64,000 nucleotides of DNA from Verrucomicrobia bacterium UBA3841. Its GTDB lineage: Bacteria > Verrucomicrobiota > Kiritimatiellia > RFP12 > UBA1067. The stretch is from contig DGHT01000022.1 in the NCBI GenBank assembly GCA_002392765.1, positions 1,324 through 65,323 on the forward strand. The letters run 5' to 3'. Under the pieces are notes generated by a model. It had not been told where the DNA came from. It searched no databases and worked only from the letters and a program-made list of their open reading frames with translations. Both the position numbers and the translations under genes were made by a program. This document shows positions 31,626 to 39,300 of the stretch, one piece after another (the first letter of the stretch is position 1; each line of letters begins with the position of its first letter).

Positions 31626-32758
31626 CCGAAGCGGAGCTCATACTTCAGAAAGCGCTTGTCGGATCCGATCTGGATTCCTCGCAGTGGAACCAGATACAGG
31701 CGGGCTTCAGGAACCGCGCGTTCTTCTCTTCGCGCGTCGCCGAGGTCAACATCCTCGCGGCAATGCGCGAACGTGTTGCAAAGTACGCCGAGGGCGAAAC
31801 CGATCTCTCGAAGATTCGCATGATGATCCGGGATGACCTGCGCAGGGCGAACTACTCTCCAAAGCCCGGCGAGGAAGGCACGATCCACGACCTCTTCAGC
31901 CAGGCGCGGCTTGACGTCATCATCAAGACCAACGTCGCGCAGGCTCGCGGCTACATGCAGTTCGCGGAGGGAATGAGCCCCGGCGCGTTCGCCGCGTTTC
32001 CCGCGCAGGAATTCATGCGCGTACGCTATTCGCGGCACCCGCGCGGCGACTGGCCGCAGCGATGGGCGAAGGCTGGCGGCAAGGTTTACGGCGGCAAGAT
32101 GATCGCCATGAAGGACGACCCGGTATGGGAGCGGCTTTCGGTATTCGGCAATCCGTTCCCGCCCTTCGACTGGGGCAGCGGCATGGGCGTCCTCGATGTG
32201 GACCGCAAGACCGCGATCCAGCTCGGGCTAATCAGCGACGAGGAGCTGCGCGGCAAAACCGCCGCGCTCCGCGAGAAGCCCGTGCCCGACTTCAACGCCA
32301 ACCTGCAGGCGACCGTGCCTGTGCCGAACCTCCGGCACGACTCGCTCTGCGGGAAGATACTCATAAAGAACTTCGGCGACCAGGTTGCGATTGAGAACAG
32401 CGTCGTCAGCTGGCAGGGGAATCTGATTCAGGACGTAATCGCCGGTCGGCGCAAGAAGGCGCAGCTTGGCGTCGGATACAACGGCCGCCCCCTGCCTCTT
32501 TCGCACAACTTCTTCAGGGAACACCTCTCGAAGCACTTCGGCGACAACGAGACAAACCCGCAATCCATCCCTCTGACGGTCGGGGACTACGAGCTGCTGC
32601 CGACAGTGTGGCGCAGCCCGGACAGGGTGACAAAGAGCCGCGACCGCGACCATCTTGAGTTCGAGACGTTCGATGGCGGTATCCTGCATCTATTCGTCTC
32701 TGACATCAAGGGCATAAGGAGTTTCTACAAAACGAAATCCGGGAGGAGCCTGCAGTGA
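31622..32758 (+). CDS. MuF/SPP1 gp7-like head morphogenesis protein with C-terminal nuclease-like (PBECR-type) extension
   Basis: MuF-like core (..IIKTNVAQARGY...RVRYSRHPRGDWPQRW...PFPPFDWG..), then about 150 aa with ..HNFFREHLSKHFGD..LTVGDYELLPTVWRSPDRV..LEFETFDGGILHLFVSD..IRSFYKTK. Confidence 0.55.
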   Translation: MTEAELILQKALVGSDLDSSQWNQIQAGFRNRAFFSSRVAEVNILAAMRERVAKYAEGETDLSKIRMMIRDDLRRANYSPKPGEEGTIHDLFSQARLDVIIKTNVAQARGYMQFAEGMSPGAFAAFPAQEFMRVRYSRHPRGDWPQRWAKAGGKVYGGKMIAMKDDPVWERLSVFGNPFPPFDWGSGMGVLDVDRKTAIQLGLISDEELRGKTAALREKPVPDFNANLQATVPVPNLRHDSLCGKILIKNFGDQVAIENSVVSWQGNLIQDVIAGRRKKAQLGVGYNGRPLPLSHNFFREHLSKHFGDNETNPQSIPLTVGDYELLPTVWRSPDRVTKSRDRDHLEFETFDGGILHLFVSDIKGIRSFYKTKSGRSLQ

Positions 32759-32853
32759 GTCGCACACACGACTCGCGCCTTTTGGCCAAGCTGCAGCTGA
32801 ACGCCCGGACACGGATATAATACCATAAACCACTTCAAAAAGGCAACAGCAAA

Positions 32854-33282
32854 ATGAAGATCAAGGAATTCCAGGAAGCGATAGCCGACGAGTTGAACGG
32901 CATTGACGAGCTTGTTCAGGGCGGATGCAAGGCATTTGCAGAGGACTCCCGGGAAGTCTACAAGGGGTCCGACCAGCACGTCCAAAGCGGGAAGGTCGCC
33001 ATTGTCGTGGTGACGCCGGAGATGACAAGAAACGGCTGCTCGTCCGATGCCATTTCGGCGGAAACGCAGCTGCTTATCCAGTGCAGCGAAAAGCCAATGG
33101 TGGCGCGCGCCCAGCCGGGCGTCATAACCGCGCTCGACGCGGCGGAGATCGTCATGTACGCGCTTGACGGCTCGCAGTTCTGCTGGCTCGATACGCGGCA
33201 GACGCTCGACCGGCAGGCGGGCGTTCTGACTGCTACAGTCACTTTTGCGACATCGATGTCATTCGAGAAGTGTAAAGTGTAA
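32854..33282 (+). CDS. Hypothetical head-tail joining/tail terminator-position protein
   Basis: 142 aa upstream of the tube gene. Call is by position only. Confidence 0.3.
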   Translation: MKIKEFQEAIADELNGIDELVQGGCKAFAEDSREVYKGSDQHVQSGKVAIVVVTPEMTRNGCSSDAISAETQLLIQCSEKPMVARAQPGVITALDAAEIVMYALDGSQFCWLDTRQTLDRQAGVLTATVTFATSMSFEKCKV

Positions 33283-33320
33283 AATTGCGGTATCAAGGAG
33301 ATGGAGCATCTTGTTCCGTC
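33270..33320. repeat. GTGTAAA x2 plus truncated cloverleaf-family copy
   Basis: gtgtaaagtgtaaa (33270-83), then caaggagatg-gagca tct tgttc-cgtc.. (33294-) without the right terminal repeat. Confidence 0.8.
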
Positions 33321-33356
33321 ACCAACCGGAAAAAACAAAACAGAAAGGAACAAACA

Positions 33357-33728
33357 ATGCCGATAACACCAGCATCGGTCGACGGAACCTGGGGCGTGTC
33401 GAAAACGCTGTCCGGGTACACGATCGAGTCGTACAACGAAACAAAAAACCCGGTCAGGGAAACCGTCCCGGACCAGTACAACCGCGTAGCGAAGGAAATC
33501 CGCTACGATACGCGCTGGGACCTGCGCATGACAGTCCGCGGCAGTGCTGCGCCGTCCGACGTCTCGATCTCGTTCAACAGCAACACGTACATAGTCGACA
33601 GCGTCGAAGAGGCCGGGCAATACAACGGGCTGCTGCGCTACAACATCACGGCGCACCGTTACGAGAACTGCAATGCGGAAACGGCCATGTCAGCCGGATC
33701 GTCGACACCAGCCGGATCGTCGACATGA
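33357..33728 (+). CDS. Putative major tail (tube) protein
   Basis: 123 aa immediately upstream of chaperone and tape measure. Start MPITPAS after AAAGGAAC. The C-terminus carries an 18-bp x2 repeat (SAGSSTPAGSST, 33693-33728). Confidence 0.4.
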   Translation: MPITPASVDGTWGVSKTLSGYTIESYNETKNPVRETVPDQYNRVAKEIRYDTRWDLRMTVRGSAAPSDVSISFNSNTYIVDSVEEAGQYNGLLRYNITAHRYENCNAETAMSAGSSTPAGSST

Positions 33729-34275
33729 GCAGGCTGAATCCCGATAAAGCGATGGCGGCGCTGATGCCGCTGCCGATCGAGATTGCGCCGGGCGTTGAGG
33801 TGAGGCCTGTGACTCTCGGCATGTGGGCCGCACTCGAGCGCATAAAATCCCCGCTCGTCACAGGCGAGGAGCCGAAGGACACGCTGGAGCTCATCCCGTC
33901 ACTCTACCTCCTTACGCACGATCCGCGTATTGTGCTCAATGGCGGGCTGCTGGAGGCCGCGATGGCCTGGGCGGACACTCTGCCGGTGACGGCGATGGAC
34001 GCCATACAACGCGCCTGCAACAAGCATATAGACGCGGCACTTGCTGTAATCCCTCAAAAAAAAACGACGGACCGCGCAGGCATTCAGACGGATTCATCGC
34101 CCGTCTCGTCGACTTCGCCGCGGCAAGGTACGGGTGGAGTTTTTCCGAAATCCTCTGGGACGTGCCAATGTCGGCGCTCTACCTCCTTGAAAGGCAAGAG
34201 TGGCTTGACAAGGACAAAATCTTCCCGCTCAGTGCGATAGAGGAGATTGACAATGGCAAAGAAGCTGAAAGTTGA
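33725..34275 (+). CDS. Tail assembly chaperone with -1 frameshift (G/GT-like)
   Basis: Frame 0 is 33725..34240. At A AAA AAA (34057-34063) a -1 shift continues as ..KKNDGPRRHSDGFIARLVDFAAARYGWSFSEILWDVPMSALYLLERQEW.. to 34275. The frame-0 tail after the slip site is S/T/R-rich and looks non-coding. Confidence 0.55.
34056..34064 (+). promoter_or_regulatory. Slippery A9 run (candidate programmed -1 frameshift site)
   Basis: ccc tca aaa aaa aac: nine consecutive A, unique in this GC-rich context, at the chaperone frame switch. Confidence 0.5.
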
Positions 34276-35194
34276 AGTCGAAACAGACACGCGGCAGGCG
34301 AAGAGAGAACTAGCGGACCTGGCGAACGGTGTCGATTCCGGCGGCGCGTCCGACCAGGCCGCCTCTGCGGCCAAGCGCTTGGCGCAGGGCGCGGATGCGG
34401 CGGCGAAATCGTCGCGGCAGCTGTCGCAATCGGCTTCTGAAGGCGCGGCGAGTTTGAAGGCGACCGTGAAGGTGTTCGGCGGCATGGCCGTCAGGATGGC
34501 CGCGTCGGCGGCAGCGCAGTCGCTACCGGAAGGTTCGACTGCCCGCACGACGGTGGATGCCGCCGGCGGCGCGATTGCGGGTGCCTTGCAGGGCGCGGTC
34601 GCAGGTCCGATCGGAGCGGTTGCCGGCGGGCTAATGGGGCTTACAAGCGCCCTCATGCAGGCCAATGCGGAGGAAAAGGCCAGAAAGGACGCCATCCTCG
34701 CCACGAATGCCGCCAACCGCGAACAGCTGGAGGCGATGTGGAAGGCGGAAGACCGCACGGAAAAGTTCAAAAAGCAGCTCGATGAACTGTCGAAAATCGA
34801 GGATCCTGATTTGCGCAGGGAGCGCTTGACGTCCGCATTGAAAGAACGCGAAGTGAACGGGATGAATGAGAGCGACACGAAGCTGTTCAACGCCTCCTCC
34901 AATTTCGCGGGAGAGGGTGGCGACAAGGCGTTCCGGGAAGCGCTGACGGAGCGTAGCGCGCTCAAAAGCGAAATATCGCAGCTCAAGGCGCTGCTGGAGC
35001 AGCCTGAAGCCCGCAAATCGGGAGGCGGCGGGAGCAGCCGTGAAAGCATGTCCGCTTTGGACAATCTGTCCAGGCTTGGCGCGTCATTCGGCGGCGATTC
35101 GGGGCGCGACATGCTCAATGTACAAAAAGACCAGCTGGAAGTTTTGAAGTCGATTGACCGCAAGTCGACTTCGGGAGGTGCAACATGGCAATAA
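34253..35194 (+). CDS. Tape measure protein (short, 313 aa)
   Basis: GAGGAG 8 nt upstream of ATG 34253. Coiled-coil rich with a Gly/Ala hydrophobic segment (AGGAIAGALQGAVAGPIGAVAGGLMGL). Follows the chaperone. Confidence 0.6.
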   Translation: MAKKLKVEVETDTRQAKRELADLANGVDSGGASDQAASAAKRLAQGADAAAKSSRQLSQSASEGAASLKATVKVFGGMAVRMAASAAAQSLPEGSTARTTVDAAGGAIAGALQGAVAGPIGAVAGGLMGLTSALMQANAEEKARKDAILATNAANREQLEAMWKAEDRTEKFKKQLDELSKIEDPDLRRERLTSALKEREVNGMNESDTKLFNASSNFAGEGGDKAFREALTERSALKSEISQLKALLEQPEARKSGGGGSSRESMSALDNLSRLGASFGGDSGRDMLNVQKDQLEVLKSIDRKSTSGGATWQ

Positions 35195-36042
35195 CAGTAC
35201 CCTCGGGTTGTTATCGGCAACCGATAGAGCAGGAAGGCATAGACGCGTCCGGCGCAAAGACGTTTAATTACGTGCTTAAGGGCCCATATTCTTCCCTGCA
35301 GACTTTCAAGAACAGTCTGACGGGCGGGCAGGAGATTGAATCCGGGTGGGGGTTCGCGTCCGCCATGCTCAACCGCAATCCTGGCGGTCTGGGCACATTG
35401 ACCATAACATGCAAACCGATCGCAGATGGAGAATCAGGCGGCGGGTCCGATGCGTCCACAACGCCACTAGATGAAATATGGCAGATTAAATCATGCCGCA
35501 ACGACATGTCGGTTTTAGCATATTGCGGCAAGGGTCCGTCAAATCCATGCCGGGAATGGATCGAAGCATGGATGAAAGAGCCCGACGGCGAGCTGGCGAA
35601 GGCCGACTCGTTCAGGAAGCCTGACGGTGAAGTTTTTGCCATACTTGCTGGGTCGGAGGGTTCATCGGAGAGTTCAGGAGCCGAAACCCGCGGGCAGGCG
35701 ACCGTCGAGGTCATGGGCAAGTTGCGGGAAGGGAAAGAATCGGTAATGCGGTTTTATCCGATGCTGATTTGCACCAAGATATATTCCGTCGCCCCGGCTT
35801 CAGTGTACGAAAATCTCTCTTATATAGACACGCCAAACCCCGGCACGACCACCAAGAAGCCGGGAAATCTATCAACAATCATCAGCAATCACGAGTGGCT
35901 TAAATGCCAAGATGATTGCGAACAGATGCAAAACGGAAACTGGCGGCGCATCCAGGCCTGGATCGGCGCGCCCTCCTGGGACGACAATTTCTACGGCACC
36001 GCGAACCGCTGGCCCATGCCATACTCGCACAGCAACAGCTGA
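35185..36042 (+). CDS. Hypothetical tail-tip protein (distal tail position)
   Basis: Overlaps the tape-measure stop. 285 aa. No recognised motif. Confidence 0.4.
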   Translation: MAITVPSGCYRQPIEQEGIDASGAKTFNYVLKGPYSSLQTFKNSLTGGQEIESGWGFASAMLNRNPGGLGTLTITCKPIADGESGGGSDASTTPLDEIWQIKSCRNDMSVLAYCGKGPSNPCREWIEAWMKEPDGELAKADSFRKPDGEVFAILAGSEGSSESSGAETRGQATVEVMGKLREGKESVMRFYPMLICTKIYSVAPASVYENLSYIDTPNPGTTTKKPGNLSTIISNHEWLKCQDDCEQMQNGNWRRIQAWIGAPSWDDNFYGTANRWPMPYSHSNS

Positions 36043-36048
36043 AACCCG

Positions 36049-36080
36049 CCTTCAACTTTTCAACCTTTCAACTTTTCAAC
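36049..36080. repeat. 8-mer array YTTTCAAC x4
   Basis: cttcaac ttttcaac ctttcaac ttttcaac. Same family and orientation as the right arm of the 25803-25895 hairpin. Confidence 0.9.
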
Positions 36081-36086
36081 CGTTAA

Positions 36087-36761
36087 ATGATACAAATTCC
36101 GCAGAAAGGAGAACCGCTTCGAGCCGATTGGGCCGCCCAAATCACGGGCCGCGTCAACTCGTTGGCGCCGATAGGCTCGCCGAGGATGCTGGTTCGCGAC
36201 GGCATTGGCGGCTTCGGCAGCGAACCGTGTCCGCCAAACCACCGCGACAGGCGCGGTATCGCCAGCAGGACGTCGCCGCCAGGTTGCTTCGAGCTTGTTG
36301 AGCGTACTGTCACGCGCAATAACATTTCGTTAATCGAACATTTCTTCGTCAATCAATACTACATGGTCGGAGACCTTTTGAAAAAATGCTCGGTGATTGA
36401 CGGGGAAGTAGAATCAGAACAGTTTGTCATTTCTTTGGAATCGATCCTGCTTTCATCTATCGGCGAGAATGTGCAATCTGGAGAAATAACATCATGGGTA
36501 ATGCTCCAGATAGATGCACGGGGCGATGCCTATCCAAGGGGCAATGGCGAGACGGAGGAAAACGACGAGGCTTCTCCGCAAATTAAAATATTTATGGATT
36601 TCAACGAGGTTGAAGAATGCCAGAGAGACCTCGACTTTCATACTATACCCCTTTTCATAGTGCAATTTCAATACGTTGCCGAGGAAGAGGTCATTAAAGG
36701 GCTGGAAATCACATGCGACTTTCGCCGTGGTCTCTTTGGCCAGCAAGTGGAGCTTATATGA
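36087..36761 (+). CDS. Hypothetical tail-tip protein
   Basis: 224 aa. GC content drops visibly within this gene, from about 36300 onward. Confidence 0.4.
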   Translation: MIQIPQKGEPLRADWAAQITGRVNSLAPIGSPRMLVRDGIGGFGSEPCPPNHRDRRGIASRTSPPGCFELVERTVTRNNISLIEHFFVNQYYMVGDLLKKCSVIDGEVESEQFVISLESILLSSIGENVQSGEITSWVMLQIDARGDAYPRGNGETEENDEASPQIKIFMDFNEVEECQRDLDFHTIPLFIVQFQYVAEEEVIKGLEITCDFRRGLFGQQVELI

Positions 36762-39007
36762 GATTGATTGTGATCCTGTTCGCGCTTATATACCGATCTG
36801 CAATGGGTATCATGTCGCAAAACGCAACATTGTTTTTCGGAGGCGATGCAACAAACAAATTGCCGGCATTCGTAGATTCTTATGGATATTTCGACTCGTC
36901 GGTCACAAACCGCCGTCCAAGCTTGCGGATATCGTCCTCGGTTGCCGCCGCAGTACTATCAACTGCCGGAGGAATCCTGCAGCGCCACATCCTCGCTGTG
37001 GAGCCGGAAAGACTGAATATCGATAGGTTTGATGCCGAATATTTCAGGACAAACGATTTTCTGGGGTGTATCTACGATTGCGACAAATATGCTGCGGCAT
37101 CGAATCGCACGGTGGAACTGTGCAGAATTACAGGGGATTATCTGGAGTACGCATTTGACATGTTTCGGAGTGCAGTCAATATCGGCAATCCCAATGGGTA
37201 TACCTGGGATGGTTATAGAGACGGAGATTACCTTAGGAATCCATTTGGCTGGGGTTCATCTGTACTAGACAACTACATTATAGCACTTAATGCACCCTCT
37301 GTCTTGGAAGCCGCCGAGTCAGAAGGTAATCCTGAATTATTGGAGTACAACCCCGAGTTTCCCGAATGGGACTGGCGTGAAGGCAGCGCCTGGCAATGGC
37401 GAACACCAGGGCAATGGGCATATACATGGCCAATGCTTTGCTATTGCAATGCTGATGGATTCATTATTAGCACCAACACATCGTTTCGCCCGCCGGAGAC
37501 CATTCTGAACACCTATGTAATTCCTCTTTCCAATTGGTGGACGGGAGAGAATTTTCTGCGAACAAACCCTCCTGTTATGCGCAGTGTAGAAATTCCTCGG
37601 CTCCTTGCAAGTCGATATGTCGACCGTCCCGCCTCGAACTACAATGTCAATATCACAAGCAATTTGATTAATACCAGCCGCATGTCCCATGCGAAAGCCG
37701 GTGCAATTCAGTATGCTGTTGCTATGATGGACAGGCTTTACGGTCAAAGTTTTGGTTTTAGGTTTTGGGAAGGTAAAGAGCAGTACGCATTACGAGGTGT
37801 AGACTATGGCGGCGGGATCACTGTCGGCGAAGGTAATTGGCAGTTCATAGCGAAAGAACGTCTTCCTGGCGCTTTTGTCGGAACCATGTCAATAAACCAG
37901 TCGCTACCGTGGGGAGACCCTCACCCCGTATGGATTCAGGAAGACACCACTAATTTTCCAAGCCACAATGAATTTACAATGGAGACTCCTTTCTACTCCT
38001 GTTCTGGCATCCACCATGGTTACGGAGGGATTGTGTCAGCATCCCAAGGTCTCGTCGTCCCGTTTGAGGCTCTTCAGAGTTTGATTTTGGGCATAGGTCC
38101 GCCAGGCACTTACGAGATATCACTTGAATTGGTCGCTCCCGACACCGTCACAATATCGGCGTGGGGATCGTCTAGGTCGTGCCGCGCCGACCTAGACGAT
38201 CTCTATGTTAGTTTTGGCGTAAGCGGCGCAGAAAGCACGTTCGTTGTTTATCCTGGCAATGTCATTTCAAATGCAAACCCGTACGTGCACTGTTCTGTTG
38301 GCGTGGGAGGAGACGGACACTGGCTGTCCGGGAAATATCTGTGGTCAATGATTGAAGCCGATGTATATTCATTTGACCGCATGGAGGTTTATGGGGAGTA
38401 TACATCTGCCGGAGGCCTTGATTTATTAGGACAACCGGATCAGGCGTCAATGTTCGATTATGGCCTGAGTGTTTACACGAATTATGTAGAGTATACTCGC
38501 ATCCGCAAACTTCGAGACGGCATTAATAAAGGGGCAAAATCCATTCACAATGTTTCAAATATGGTACTCAATGCGGCTGACAATCTGAAAGCCCAAGCTA
38601 GATCTCAAATATCCCAATTGATAGGAGGCGATATCGAGGATCTTAGATCGCTCCTTGTCGTTGACAATCGCGAGATAACGAATCTTCGCGGTCAGATTGA
38701 CGGCGCAATCGCTTCGTTGCCGGCTCGCTCGGCTTTGTATATGTCCAGCTTTACTTGCTCATGCGACAATCCGGGCGGCCCGTATACTGTCACATACCGT
38801 ATTGACAGCGAGGGATCGGCAATACCTGTCACCCACACCCTTGTTATGACACCAGGCACTGTACTGTCCGTCGGCTCAATATCCGCCGACTTCGTTCCAA
38901 CCTCGAGCAAGGAAGGAAGCACCCCGCCAGCATCGGTGTATGCTACGCAGTATTTCCCGACGCGCTATAGATTTAGCCTTGACACCATCAACCTACCTGA
39001 GGATTAA
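36758..39007 (+). CDS. Large tail fibre / receptor-binding protein candidate
   Basis: 749 aa and the last gene before the right end (the Mu fibre position). AT-richer than the phage backbone. ATG 36758 overlaps the upstream stop. Confidence 0.45.
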   Translation: MRLIVILFALIYRSAMGIMSQNATLFFGGDATNKLPAFVDSYGYFDSSVTNRRPSLRISSSVAAAVLSTAGGILQRHILAVEPERLNIDRFDAEYFRTNDFLGCIYDCDKYAAASNRTVELCRITGDYLEYAFDMFRSAVNIGNPNGYTWDGYRDGDYLRNPFGWGSSVLDNYIIALNAPSVLEAAESEGNPELLEYNPEFPEWDWREGSAWQWRTPGQWAYTWPMLCYCNADGFIISTNTSFRPPETILNTYVIPLSNWWTGENFLRTNPPVMRSVEIPRLLASRYVDRPASNYNVNITSNLINTSRMSHAKAGAIQYAVAMMDRLYGQSFGFRFWEGKEQYALRGVDYGGGITVGEGNWQFIAKERLPGAFVGTMSINQSLPWGDPHPVWIQEDTTNFPSHNEFTMETPFYSCSGIHHGYGGIVSASQGLVVPFEALQSLILGIGPPGTYEISLELVAPDTVTISAWGSSRSCRADLDDLYVSFGVSGAESTFVVYPGNVISNANPYVHCSVGVGGDGHWLSGKYLWSMIEADVYSFDRMEVYGEYTSAGGLDLLGQPDQASMFDYGLSVYTNYVEYTRIRKLRDGINKGAKSIHNVSNMVLNAADNLKAQARSQISQLIGGDIEDLRSLLVVDNREITNLRGQIDGAIASLPARSALYMSSFTCSCDNPGGPYTVTYRIDSEGSAIPVTHTLVMTPGTVLSVGSISADFVPTSSKEGSTPPASVYATQYFPTRYRFSLDTINLPED

Positions 39008-39009
39008 AT

Positions 39010-39088
39010 AAGTTTGCAAATCTCTTGCAACCGCATTGCACATTCTCGACAACTTGATTCTTTATCTCAAATCCCATTGCGTTTTACA
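39010..39088. repeat. Prophage right end (terminal inverted repeat, ends ...CA)
   Basis: Reverse complement TGtaaaacGCAATGgGATTTGAGAtAAAGaatcaagttgtcGAGAATgtg aligns with the left end. Confidence 0.7.
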
Positions 39089-39093
39089 GCGTT
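39089..39093. repeat. Target-site duplication, right copy
   Basis: gcgtt directly after the terminal CA (39087-39088). Confidence 0.75.
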
Positions 39094-39200
39094 TGCGGGC
39101 AAAGCGGGGACGGGGAGTTGTGAAATTGTGGCAACTGGGAAAGTCAGCATCCTGCCGGCGGAATCAAGGAGATGGAGCATCTTGCTCCGTCACTGCCGGG
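39089..39200. repeat. Right half of dispersed element Y (plus truncated cloverleaf copy at 39165)
   Basis: gcgtttgcgggcaaagcggggacggggagttgtgaaattgtggcaactgggaaagtcagcatcctgccggcggaatcaaggagatggagc.. is near-identical to 60368-60474. Confidence 0.9.
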
Positions 39201-39300
39201 GGAAACTGGGGGAACGGGCGTCCCGCCCGTTTGAGAATTGTGGAATTGTGGGAAGAGTGAACCGGGGAGGGACCGGGAAGGGTCGCGCTTCAGCGCGTCC

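Larger units (their letters stand above)
6590..39088. mobile_element. Mu-like transposable prophage (about 32.5 kb)
   Basis: TG...CA termini with imperfect TIRs, 4-5 bp TSD, and flanks that rejoin into one repeat copy. Encodes MuA-like DDE transposase, MuB-like AAA+ ATPase, Gam, GemA-like, DUF935 portal, Mu-I protease and MuF-like protein. No integrase or tRNA att. Confidence 0.88.

Noticed and set aside
34084-35220. 378-aa minus-strand ORF opposite the tape-measure gene
   Set aside because: It is an S/A/P-rich shadow. The plus-strand ORF has coiled-coil and Gly-rich TMP features, an RBS, and sits in the expected chaperone-TMP order.
6590-39088. Integrase-mediated (att/tRNA) prophage model
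   Set aside because: No tyrosine or serine recombinase and no tRNA lie at either end. TG..CA termini, a 4-5 bp duplication and MuA/MuB-like genes support transpositional integration instead.
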